Origin: an uncultured virus (IMG/VR IMGVR_UViG_3300024999_000087)
Lineage: Duplodnaviria > Heunggongvirae > Uroviricota > Caudoviricetes
DNA length: 64,000 nt
Direction: 5' to 3' (one strand)
Virus record (IMG/VR): IMGVR_UViG_3300024999_000087
Shown here: positions 28,782-39,800 of the stretch, piece after piece
How positions within the stretch are numbered: the stretch's first letter is position 1
Layout: each line of letters begins with the position of its first letter
Notes under the pieces: generated by a model
Databases searched by the model: none
Told to the model about the DNA's origin: nothing
What the model saw: only the letters and a program-made list of their open reading frames with translations
Program-made: the position numbers and the translations under genes

Positions 28782-29197
28782 TACCGTCTCCTTTTATTTC
28801 AGCATCTCAAAAGGTATGCTCCGCTCATCGCATCGAAACCCATCATGCAGATGTACGAAATGGTCACACGATGGCTTAATTACACCTGACACGCACACGT
28901 AGCACTCCATACCCTTAGCCTTGCAATGCCGGTCCCTGACATGCTGAATACCTGCTATTCTTTCGGTTTCAAGTTCGTCGTAGTCAATTTTCCGCATCTC
29001 TTAGCCTCTTCCTTCCTTCTCGCCCACCGTTGCAGCAGTCTCCACACCTTGAACACATCCACCGTCACCGATATTATCTTGTCGCCGGGGGGAGGGCCGT
29101 AAGGGTCTTCGCTCATGCGTAGCCTCATTTGGCATGTTGCACACAGGGCATCTGCAACCATTCATCCCCCTGTGCTGGCAGTGGGGGAAGACGGCCA

Positions 29198-29806
29198 TTA
29201 GTCTTCGGATACCGTCAGAGTCTCATCTGATGTCTCAATCGGCTCGTCAACCACAGTGTCTACTGGTGTCTCCGAGTATCCGCCGCTAGTCGTCGCGGTG
29301 CCTTCTTCGCCCGTATTCGTTACCCTTGTCACCGTCTCAGTGTTCGTGCGGCTGTTGGAGATTGTAGAATCGCCGCCCTCGGTGGTCACGTTGCTGGTGC
29401 TGCCTGCGTTCTTCCCGATTGAATCAATGACTTCAGTTGCGCCCCACACGCCAAGACCGAACTTAGCAACCCCCGCCACTGTGCCGGTAATGCTGCGCAG
29501 TGATTCGTTACGGTTGTTGGAGTCGGCTATCAACACATCGTTGAGGTTCGTTCCACCTGAACATGGGTCAACGCTCTTACCGGTCAATGCGCTGACGAGT
29601 TGCGCCGTGGCTTTCTGCTGCTCGATCATAACAATTGCCATGTCTGACAACTTAGAGTAGTCAGGTTTGCTTTGTGCCTGATAGCAAGCGACCCTTGCAG
29701 CATCTTTGTCCATCTCGACTTGGAGAATGCCATCTCCTGCTTCAAAATTGTGAAGGCCGCAGCCGGTCAACATTACGAGTGCGAATAGTGCGATGAGTGT
29801 TTTCAT
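29198..29806 (-). CDS. Lipoprotein
   Basis: Signal peptide with lipobox LTGC; Thr/Glu-rich tail. Confidence 0.7.
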   Translation of the reverse strand: MKTLIALFALVMLTGCGLHNFEAGDGILQVEMDKDAARVACYQAQSKPDYSKLSDMAIVMIEQQKATAQLVSALTGKSVDPCSGGTNLNDVLIADSNNRNESLRSITGTVAGVAKFGLGVWGATEVIDSIGKNAGSTSNVTTEGGDSTISNSRTNTETVTRVTNTGEEGTATTSGGYSETPVDTVVDEPIETSDETLTVSED

Positions 29807-29810
29807 AATC

Positions 29811-30305
29811 TTACCTGCATGATATGTTTACGTACTGAGGATGGACACCATAGCGGCTGTGTATGTATGCCCCACCGTGAGACCCCTTCTTCCACACAAA
29901 TCCTTTGCGGCTTCGATTAGCCTTCTGCGCCCGAACGAAATACGTCCCGCCAGATGAGAACGTAACCTTGCATACCTTGCCAAATCGTGACATAGGACCG
30001 GGGATACGCCAGGCCGACCTTCCTCCGTTCCTTAGTCCATACGGCTTGAATGAACCAATACCGCGATAGGCATACGACCCGTATTCATCGCCCATGCCCT
30101 CATCTACGGATACCGCGTCGCCGTCAACGATACCATCCGCCTCGTAGTCGGAATCAGGCTCGTTGAGGGTTCGGTCATCGTCGTCCTGTGCGCCAGGGTT
30201 ATAGACCTGCGATGTGTCGGAGGCTGAAGCGCTGGGTTTGTCGCCGTCCGAGCATCCGCAGAAAATAAGTGTTAGGCATAATAGAAAAAATATATGGAGT
30301 TTCAT
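29811..30305 (-). CDS. Putative lipoprotein
   Basis: Signal peptide ending FCGC; acidic linker then basic domain. Confidence 0.6.
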   Translation of the reverse strand: MKLHIFFLLCLTLIFCGCSDGDKPSASASDTSQVYNPGAQDDDDRTLNEPDSDYEADGIVDGDAVSVDEGMGDEYGSYAYRGIGSFKPYGLRNGGRSAWRIPGPMSRFGKVCKVTFSSGGTYFVRAQKANRSRKGFVWKKGSHGGAYIHSRYGVHPQYVNISCR

Positions 30306-30682
30306 TTCACCACCGGAGTTTGTACCACTACGTCAACCACGACCGTAACCCGCAGATTACCCGGAGTGCCGTCAGGCGCAGGGTCGTAATGATAGCATGG
30401 AGAGTGTGGGGTTTCGTTGCCCCCTTTGTCAATTGCCGTCAGCGTGTAACAGGCATCGGCATCTGAGATATCAATATCCCCTGAGTATTTCCTAGCTACT
30501 GGATCATTGAAGGTGGCAAGTTTCACCCCGTCCTTGTACAGCACAAATCCTGCCAAGTCGGAAGCGGTTGAATCGTATCCCCACTCGACCGTTACGGACC
30601 TATTCGCTGCTTGGGCAAAGGGCGATACCATCAGTAGTGTGATTGCTAAGATGATTGCTAAGATTCTCGTTTTCATTTGCAC
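30302..30682 (-). CDS. Exported Fn3-like protein
   Basis: Signal peptide ending AQA; VTVEW...DLAGFVLY...YTLTAIDKGGNET. Confidence 0.7.
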   Translation of the reverse strand: MQMKTRILAIILAITLLMVSPFAQAANRSVTVEWGYDSTASDLAGFVLYKDGVKLATFNDPVARKYSGDIDISDADACYTLTAIDKGGNETPHSPCYHYDPAPDGTPGNLRVTVVVDVVVQTPVVK

Positions 30683-30772
30683 TCCTTAATTTTCACATCG
30701 GCCCCGCAATCAGCCACAGCACCGCCGCCAGTTCGATAGCGAGCACTACGAGCAGGGTGTTGATGATGCTGG

Positions 30773-31072
30773 TCATATCTCTTCCACCTTCATTTGTATG
30801 TCGTGCTCCCATTTATGGCCTGCTGACGTAGTACATCGGAATGTCAATTTATATGGACTATTCGCCTCAGTTCCTGCCTTGACCTTGACCGACACTGCCC
30901 ACACACCATTAGTCAGAGTGGTCTGGTCGGTCACGGTTGCCGTCGCATCTGTCCCTGACCGATCTGTCGCAGTAGCAGAGCACACAGTAATTGCTTCCCC
31001 ACTGGCGAAATTGGCCCCGAAAGAGACGGCAACCATAAACTCTTCATAAGCCTGCTTTGTAATACTTTCCAT
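30773..31072 (-). CDS. Putative tail-fibre adaptor protein
   Basis: Small beta-rich protein at end of fibre module. Confidence 0.5.
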   Translation of the reverse strand: MESITKQAYEEFMVAVSFGANFASGEAITVCSATATDRSGTDATATVTDQTTLTNGVWAVSVKVKAGTEANSPYKLTFRCTTSAGHKWEHDIQMKVEEI

Positions 31073-32040
31073 CAGCCGCCCCTTGCGAACTCTGTCATTG
31101 CTTTAGACTTTTGGTATTCAGTCTTAACTTTCTCTCGGTAAAACTCAGTATCGAGTTTTGACTTCGTGTATTCTTTTACTACCCCGATGATTGCCGTGTA
31201 GACCACTCCCCTCAATACCGCAGCGTCTGCACCTGATTCAGACGCTATGAGTATGCCGGGTATCTCTAGCGGGGAGAGAAAAACAGCGGTATCGTTGCCA
31301 ACTTCTTGCGCGGTCAGGGTGCCGACTACGGTTACAGTTCCTGAGAATGCTGCCGTGTCAGGGGATTCCTGCGCCTCGACCACTCCTGAAACAGTCACGG
31401 TCCCGGCGAATGCTACTGAGTCATCCCCTACCTCAGAAACCGTCAGCGTACCGGAAACAGGCGCATCCCCTACAGTCCCGGAGAAGATCACCGAGTCGGT
31501 CCCACTCTCGTCCGCGACCAGTGCGCCAACGACGAGAACGGTTCCTGAGAAGGCAAGTTGGTCCGCTCCCTGCTCTGTTGCCGCCGCAGTGCCGGAGATG
31601 TAAACGTCACCAGCGAATGAGGCGGTGTCGGGCTGGTCTGTGCTTGCGAGTGTGCCGGAGACAATGACGTCGCCAGTCATCTCCGCTGTGTCCGCCCCGA
31701 CCTCCTGCCCTGCCAGTGTTCCTTGATTGGCAGAAGTAACCCCCTCTCCAAGCATGTAGACAGTATCTGTACCTGTCTCAGTTGCTCCGAGTGTTCCGGT
31801 GATGAGAACATCGCCTGCAATGTCCGCCGTATCACTACCAGCCTCGGAGGCGACAACCGTACCGGAAACGATATTTGTAGCAAAAAGTATATCCGCCCCC
31901 GACTCAGTAGCAGCGAGTGTGCCGGATATACTTGCCTCAGCGAAACTGAAATCAGTAGCGTTATACGCAGGCGGGGTATAGGCTTCCTCGCCTTGGAAAC
32001 TGAAATCAGTTTCGTTATATGGGGGAGGCGTGTAACTCAT
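31072..32040 (-). CDS. Repetitive tail-fibre-like protein
   Basis: ~22-aa GTL...E.G.D...F.G repeats; duplicated YTPP.YN.TDFSF at N-terminus. Confidence 0.65.
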   Translation of the reverse strand: MSYTPPPYNETDFSFQGEEAYTPPAYNATDFSFAEASISGTLAATESGADILFATNIVSGTVVASEAGSDTADIAGDVLITGTLGATETGTDTVYMLGEGVTSANQGTLAGQEVGADTAEMTGDVIVSGTLASTDQPDTASFAGDVYISGTAAATEQGADQLAFSGTVLVVGALVADESGTDSVIFSGTVGDAPVSGTLTVSEVGDDSVAFAGTVTVSGVVEAQESPDTAAFSGTVTVVGTLTAQEVGNDTAVFLSPLEIPGILIASESGADAAVLRGVVYTAIIGVVKEYTKSKLDTEFYREKVKTEYQKSKAMTEFARGG

Positions 32041-33011
32041 ACAGGTGGGGTTTGTCTTAAAATGAGGTCGTTGTAGGTCGTACCAGCGGAATCGTCTAAA
32101 CAAACAACGTCGCACTCTCCGATAGGTCCAGTATTAATTGAGTACGCCCCAGTAGATCCGTCACTTACCGTTTCCCCGACAAACGCCCCTGTGTCTCTCC
32201 TGTAGAACCTGACGGTTCGTGCCGTGGGGGTGCCTGTCGTATCAGTGATAACGCCTGAAATAACCTTGGAGGACGGTGCTGCTGACTTGTACGGATGATC
32301 AGCAGGCAGATTGCCCTCAAGGCCGAAGCGCCACAATAACCACCCCTCAACACACTGCCTGTAGCCATCTGACAGTTTGGTCGTAATCAGCCAGTAAGCA
32401 ACATCGGCACTAAGATCAGCGGTAGTCCCAATACCACCAAAACGCATCGTGGTGTCAAGGGGTGTCCACGTCGGGCCGGTCAGTGTTCCTTCCTCCGCCC
32501 CGGCATCTACCCGAGACGTGGTCCGCCCAGCCCCGTCTGATTCTGAGTAAATAAGGTGCCAGGTCGAATCAAAGGCAACCGTTGTGCCGTGAACCGCGTA
32601 GGAAGTCCCGTTATTAAAAAAAACCCTGATCTTGTTGTAGGGAGAAACATCATCGGAGGCCAACAGTGCCATGCGTCCTGAAACAGTCGTTCCAGCGTGC
32701 TGTGCCAGAATGTTCTTATTGTTCTGGGCTGGGGCCTTGATAATGCAGAATACGGAAAAATTATCATCGGCCAGCACACGCGGGCTGGCCATCATCTTAG
32801 TGGCATCAAGCCGCATTATGTCGTAGCCGTTCAACTCGGCAGTAACCAGGGCGGGCTGTGCTGTAGTGGTGGCTTGGGTATAGTTGAGCGTCCCACCGAT
32901 CACATTGTTGAGCACTGAAAAACCTGTGACGATGGTCCGCGTAGCCTCGTTATCAGGGTCAATCTGCTGAATTATCTGCGTCGAAAGTTCAGCAGGAGTC
33001 CATAGTGGCAT
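32037..33011 (-). CDS. Tail fibre/receptor-binding protein (LamG-like)
   Basis: LWTPAEL start, VEGWLLWRFGL..NLPADHPYK motif, beta-sandwich composition. Confidence 0.6.
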   Translation of the reverse strand: MPLWTPAELSTQIIQQIDPDNEATRTIVTGFSVLNNVIGGTLNYTQATTTAQPALVTAELNGYDIMRLDATKMMASPRVLADDNFSVFCIIKAPAQNNKNILAQHAGTTVSGRMALLASDDVSPYNKIRVFFNNGTSYAVHGTTVAFDSTWHLIYSESDGAGRTTSRVDAGAEEGTLTGPTWTPLDTTMRFGGIGTTADLSADVAYWLITTKLSDGYRQCVEGWLLWRFGLEGNLPADHPYKSAAPSSKVISGVITDTTGTPTARTVRFYRRDTGAFVGETVSDGSTGAYSINTGPIGECDVVCLDDSAGTTYNDLILRQTPPV

Positions 33012-33026
33012 TAGCTTTTACCTCGT

Positions 33027-33401
33027 CTACGCGTGAGTGATGGTTGCCGCCGTGATGGTTACGGTCTGCCCTGCTGTGATGCTCACACTGTCGAGGATGA
33101 TGTCAGTTGCCGCCGTGCCAACCGTCAGGCCGGTGATGATGTCGGTCGCGTCGCTGGTCCTGATCCTGGCCTCCGCCGCTGTGCCAGTATTGTCCGCAGC
33201 CGTGTCGGAGTGTGGCATTGTCAGGGTGAGGACCGCGCCAGATGCCGAGCCGCAAGGGTCAGTCAACGGGATGGTGGCAAGGACCGAAGCCATGCCGGTG
33301 GTGCCAATCTCAATGTAACCAGCGCCAGTCCCTGCGTCGATGGCAGTGGCTACTGCGGTCATTCTTGCTTGCTTTACTGCCGATGTGTAGGTGACAGCCA
33401 T
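33027..33401 (-). CDS. Virion structural/fibre protein
   Basis: A/T/G-rich, GTAAEARI...GQTVTIT motif. Confidence 0.6.
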   Translation of the reverse strand: MAVTYTSAVKQARMTAVATAIDAGTGAGYIEIGTTGMASVLATIPLTDPCGSASGAVLTLTMPHSDTAADNTGTAAEARIRTSDATDIITGLTVGTAATDIILDSVSITAGQTVTITAATITHA

Positions 33402-33432
33402 GATTTACCTCAATTGTTTGTTAGGCTTAAAA

Positions 33433-33729
33433 TTAATCTGCGAGTTGAACCCCTACCGCATTAGCAGTGATGGGCTTGACGAATTGCAAAGTGATGGGAT
33501 AGGTGAGGACAAGTGGGGCAGCCGTAGCCCCCAGAGTAACAGCGGACCCGCCAGAGTAGAGAGGGAGCGCCGCGCCAGCCTCATCGACAACATTGACGGC
33601 GATAGTCTCAGCAACGAGTAGCCCGGATACAATTATTGTCCTTGGCAATGAACTGCGACCGATGACGATTGACTGGGTATCGGCAGCGGTCTGCTTATTT
33701 ATAATCATTGGCATCTTATTGTTCTCCAA
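33433..33729 (-). CDS. hypothetical (probable virion) protein
   Basis: First gene after promoter at 33774-33802. Confidence 0.5.
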   Translation of the reverse strand: MENNKMPMIINKQTAADTQSIVIGRSSLPRTIIVSGLLVAETIAVNVVDEAGAALPLYSGGSAVTLGATAAPLVLTYPITLQFVKPITANAVGVQLAD

Positions 33730-33773
33730 TTATTTGTTAGGCATAAATGACGTAGGAATCCATTAAATGATAC

Positions 33774-33802
33774 ATTATACCATGTTTCTCAATTCCTAGC
33801 AA
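33774..33802 (-). promoter_or_regulatory. sigma70-type promoter
   Basis: TTGCTA-17-TATAAT with TGn. Confidence 0.65.
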
Positions 33803-33816
33803 GCAAATAGAGCAGA

Positions 33817-36800
33817 CTACGAAAGAAAAGCCTGTATCATAGCAGTACGCCGTTTCTCGATATCATCAATTCGCTTTGAGTAGTCGCGGCCCGTGGTCTT
33901 CTCCAAATTCTTCAGTCGATTGACGATCTTCCGCCGCTTGTTCAACTGACCTTGCAGCCGGTCGATTCTCTTCAGCCTCATCAGGTCTGCGCGGTATTTC
34001 GGCAGCAAGGTTCTATCGGCCTCAACACGCTCCTTAATATCCCTGAGTTTGCTGCGCTCTTTGGCAAGTCTGCCGTTCCACAACTCTTCATTGCTCTTTG
34101 CGCCGCGCCCCATGTGCCAGTATGCCAACTTGCCGACGATGGGGATTGAGTCAAGCGACTTCAGCCCTTTGCCGTCGCCTGCTGACATGATATCGCGGCC
34201 TGCGCTGTCGATGAACTTAAACGGGGGGAGTATCTGTTTGGCGATTGCCGAGCCTACGCCCTCAGTCCGGGCCTTCCATGTGACGAACTTGCTTACACCA
34301 AATAATCTCAGCACGTTGTCAACCGTCCTATCTTCCAGCGATGTTTCCCTACTGAGCAGCAGGTCTTTCAACTCATCCGCCCCGGCATTAGCCAGTACCA
34401 GCATCATCGACAGATAGGCAAGGTTACGTATCCCTTCGATAACTTGGTTGCGCTCTCCGGTCTTGATCTTGTTGTATGCCTCATTCCGGTACACATCGAA
34501 CTGCTTCAGTGTGTAACTTTTGAGCATATAGAACAATCGCCCGTTGCCAGCCTTGAGGTATTGCTCTGACATTTCCGATAGTGCGGCAGGCTGGAAGTCA
34601 AGGAGTCGGCTGTAGACCAGGAGTTTTACGTTGTCGGTGATTGCCTTGTTTTGCAGGTCGATGATAACTGAATCGGTTTCTTCTTCAAAGATATGGTCAA
34701 TCTCCGCTCTCAGTTTATCCGGCTCAGATACGGCTCGTTTCTCGTACTTTTCCAGTGCCGCGTTAAGCAGAGATTCTTTACCGATAGCGTCCATCCTCTC
34801 AAGTTGTACTGCCTTGAAGACCTTGTTGACCACGTTGCTGAGTGTCCCTGCATCAGCGAACTCTTGGGCGATGCGCTCAATCCCTACGTCCTCCTTGGTT
34901 ATACGTGACTGTTTTGCCACCGACTTGTAGGCGTGTTTGATTGCTGAGGGCAGACCGTAAGCGTAGGCGGTCCATGCGAAGTCACCTATCTGTGTTATGG
35001 CTGAGGTGAAAGAACCCATCGTGTCGATGTAGGAGAGGTTCTTGTATGCCTGGACTAATCCCCTGGTGCCTGCTTCGTGGAACCTTGCCTTGAGGATATT
35101 CGTTACCTCTTGCTCCTGTGAACCGTCAATCTCGCCAGTTTTCAGAAGGTCAATGATATATGTGGCAATGTTGTCGTTATAGTCGCTCTGCGTTTTATAC
35201 CTGTCGAGGATAGCCTGATACGAGTCGATGTTATCCCTGATATCCTGCATCCGCTGTTCGTCGGGGTTCTCGCTTGCCTGAATCTCCCTCAGTTTCGCTT
35301 GCGCCTGGTGCAATGCTTTCTTCGCCTCGGAAACATTCTCAGGCATCCGCCCGAAGAACCTCCGCGCCTCGATATCCTTCCTCATGCTGTGGAGATAACT
35401 TACCAGAGCAGCATCCGACCCCATGTAATACCTGTTCAACTCCGGGGGGATGCTCTTTATCTTGCGCTCTTTCGTGTTGCTCGGTGCGTACAGTCCCGTG
35501 CCGCCGCCAAGGATAAGGTTAGCCACGATATCAGCCTGCATCTCAGGTGTCATATCAGCAACGGTAATCCCCATCTCCTTAGCCCGTTTCTTCAACGCAT
35601 CAGAGATGTTCGCCCGCTCCGGTCCCTTGCCGATAGCATCCAAGAATCCGCGTGAATCTTTGATGATACGGGGGGAATAGTCTTCGATGAACCCTACGTC
35701 ACGCCCTACGGCAATTGATTCATCGCGTATCCGCTTGAGCGTTTCCCTGTATGCCGCGTATTCATTCTCCATGCGGTACTTGGCAACCAACTCATTTATC
35801 TTGTCAGCGTCGCTGTTCTTCCTCGCCAGATCCCAGTCAGCGAAGTCGCCCCGGCTCATCTTCTTAGCCTTGTTCAGCAGACCCTGCACCGCCTTAACGT
35901 CCTTGCTATGCCCTGTGCCGATTGCAAAGTCCAACTCTCTAACCTTCGCCCGGAGTTTCGGATTGATGTTTCCCAACCGAGTAGAGACAGCACCAAGGAA
36001 CTTGTCAACTCCTGCGACCACCTGACGACCGACCGACTTGACGCTACGAATCGCCTCTGCCTTGCGATTTACGGCATAGGCTCGGTTCTGCGCGTATGCC
36101 TCTTCGCTGTTGGGGGTTGCAGATGCCGTGTACGACTTGGAGTACCGGATATCCCCTGCGTCCTCCATTATGTTGGGGGAGGTGCGATTATGTTTTGCCA
36201 CCAATTTATCAAACTCATCCCGCCCGTCCCGCAGTCCTTGGCTGGCAACACTCCTGACATTATCCTGTGCGTCTATTTCTTGGGCTGTATAATTTGACCC
36301 GTAGACATCATTGTATGCCTTGTATATCTCTCTTGGGTATTTGCTTCCACCCTTCAATGACGACGACTCACCCTTATACTGAAACTCACCGTTGGAGATT
36401 TCTACGTCAGAAATTGGCAATTCAAACCTGACTACGTTCTTGCCATATCCGCCAGCCCCCTCGTTGCCGGTGGCATCCTTTCCGCTCTCGGTTGCAGACA
36501 AGAAATCACCGTATCGTAGTTTCTTTATTACCGATTTTGATACATTTGCCCCGCGATACAGAATGATCTTGCCGTCTATTACTTCGGCCCCCATCGCCCT
36601 GAATGACTTTGTTTTATCTGCGATTTCTCTTCTCGACATGGACATCATTGTATCATTCTGCCCATTTTTATCAACACCAGACACCAGCACATCCTCAACC
36701 TTCTGCCCCGGTTTAAGCAACCCCTCCTTCTCCAGCATCCGCCGCAGTGTGACCCACGGCGGAATAGCCTTGCGCTGCGCCGGGGTAAGGTCGAGGCGGG

Positions 36801-39800
36801 CTTGTACTAGGCGGGACTCTGCTTCGCCGGTCTGCGTTAAATACGATGTAACCCTGTCTCCGGTGTAACCACTTGCATTGTCGAGCAACTTAATGACATC
36901 TAATGCCCTCTTCTCGTCTAACTCAAGAAAGAACTCACCATAAGCGGCAAACTCTGCTTCATTCATCGCCTTGTCGTACTTTACGCCAGTGCGCTTAGAG
37001 GCAACGTATCTTTCCCCCTTGAAGTCCTTTACGAAGTTGTCAATAAACTTCTTGTATTCTGCCGACTGCTTAATCTTTTCTTCCTGCTCGCGGTATCGCT
37101 TGTTAATCCTTTCTGCCAGTTCTGTATCGGTGGGAAGTGACTTATCGAATGGATTGCTCCCCTTGGCAAAACCTTCCTCGGTCTGGATAATATGCTGCGA
37201 TTCATGGGTTAGTGTAGACCGTTGCTCCTTGCTTGGAAGGCTTGAATTGATACGGACAATCCGTTTATTCTCGTCAAAGCTCCCCCGCTTAGTAGCCCCC
37301 ATATCCTCAAACCGCACCCGCACCTTAGCCAGTTGCGGATAGTCAGCGTAGAGTTTCGGATGGGTCAGTACGTCTTCCAGATACCCGTCCTTCATCTTCA
37401 CACTGGACAGGCTATCGTCTATCTCATACGACCACTGCCCTTTACCGGGGATTATCTCATACCACCCCGTATCGCGCCATATCTTACGCCGAGCCTCGCC
37501 GGATTTCTGCATCGCTTTGGCGCGGGATAGGGCTGAGGTGTCGGCTTGCTTGGCTTGGGGGCCTGCGAAGGATGCCAGAATGTCTGGGTTGGTGGGATTC
37601 CACGTTTGATTGAAAATGGATTTGATTTGGGTGGGGTCAAAGGCTACGTAAGAATCTCCTTCTCCCTCATCGTTGTTTTCGTTCTTATATACAAACCCGT
37701 CATAACCAGCATATTTCAACGCAGTAATAAGCCTTTGCGGGGTTGTTACATAATCCAAGTCTATACCTTTACTCTCCAATTGAGGTAAAAGTTCTGCTAC
37801 GCCAAAGTATCCTGGGTCTTCCACCCTGAGCGGGTTTTTTATTGCCAGAAATACCGGGATTAACCTTTCGCCATATTCAGACGCTTTGCCCTTCCCTGCA
37901 ACATGGTTAAGACCCCTGGTTGATTCTATTCTTCCGTTGGCTTGGGGGGAAGAACCAAAATGAAAACCTATGTCTGAGCCTGGCACTTGTTCAAAATGAT
38001 TAAAATCAGCCCTTGTAGCATGGTACAAAACTAACGGCGCTCCATCCTCGTCCACTATTTTACTTCCATCAAACCACTTCTTAAACGCCGCCATGTTCTG
38101 TATCTTTCTCATGGCAGAACTTAAACTCATCTTCGCATCCTGTGCAAACGAATTTACGCCAGCCTTGCCACTCGCCAGCTCAGCCCGCCCCTTCTCGCTC
38201 ATAGTCTGCACCATGAGTTTAGCCAGTGCCTTGCGCGTAGCCTTCAGGTCGGTGACGTATTGCTCTGAACCGAATCCCCGTGCGGAGAACTTGGCAATGA
38301 GGCTGTCAATCCATGCACGTATCTTAGCGGCAATCTTGCGAAACTTTCTGGGGGATTGTGCCGCTACCTCGTTCCAGAATGACGGGTTATCAAACGAATC
38401 ACCAAGGAGGTCGGCAATGATTTCCCGGCGAAGATTGATATCATTGCCAGTGAAACTTATCTTGTCACGATACTTGTCAACGTCCTTGAGAAGCGGAGAC
38501 ACGATATCGTACAAGTCTTGATACTGCTGCGGATGGGATGTTTCAAGGTGGTGCGCCAGTTCATGTCCATACACTGTATGCGGGGCAATGCCTGTGCGCG
38601 GGTCGATGAAGATGTATTCAGAGAGTTTGTTATTCGGGACTATCAGGCCGTTGGTACTGAAGACATCACCGAGATTAGCCCAGACTATTTTTCTGCCAAA
38701 GATTTCAGCCAGTCGCTCTGCACTTTCAAAATCGCTGCGCGGCACTCCGCCCATGTGGACTCGCCCGCTTCGATGCTTTTTAGCCAAGGTGTCAGGCAAA
38801 CGCCAGGGGGTGACTTTTCTCTCATCTCCGATAACCTTTTCCAGATCTCTTGCGATTTCGATTTGCTCATTGTTCACCTCTAATCCGAGTGGATTAAATA
38901 ACGATGTGTCAATTCCGCCAGACTGCTCCAGTGCCGCTACTACTCGGCGTTGGCCTGGGGTTAGGTCTGTCCTTCTGCCATCAGGCGGGATTGTGTCAGA
39001 GGCGTTGATTATATCAAATGCTTCTGTCTCAGGGGCAAAATATGCGGCGGCTTGGGAATACTTTATGCCCCCTGCACCCCTGACCTTCTTCTCAAAGTTG
39101 TCGAGGTGGTAGGCTGAGTTTGGGACTTCAAACTGATAGGTTTTCCCGGCGTTCTTGAAGATGTGCGGAAGTCCTTCAGGTTTCGCCCGACCGAGTAAAT
39201 ACTGTTCAGCGAACGACTTGGCACTATTCAGGTCATCATAAGCCTCGCCTATCTTCTCTTCAAAGCCTGATTCAACATGCCCTTCGTGCCGATACAGTTG
39301 CCACTTGTTCCCCCTCTTGTCGCTGACCAAATCATAATCACCGATGAGGCTATACCACTTCCGTCCTTGACTCGTCCGCTGCTTGGGCCATGCAATTGTC
39401 TTCGCGTTTTCAAACCCGTCTGCCGGTGCTGCTGGAGGAACTTGCTTCCGTGCTTCGGCAATAGCCTCAAGCATGTTGGCTTTCTTCGCGTCGTTCCCTA
39501 TCTTCGTGCGGTCGGCTACTATATGGGTCTTGCGCTCACGTTCCTCGTACTCCGTGTTCACTCCCGCAGCCTGTTCATCGGCCTTCGGGGGGGAGGGTTG
39601 AACAGGCGCGGTCTTCTCACTACTGGGCTGGGGGGATGCACCAGAGGTCACACTTTCCGTTACCTCCTGTGCAGCGGAAGAAGCCCCCTGCATGTCGACA
39701 CCGACATTACCAGCATTTATGTCGGTGTCGGCATGTACCACTTGTGCGGATGTGGTGACATCTTGTCTGGTTTTCCGGGCCTCAATTTCCCGATCTACTG

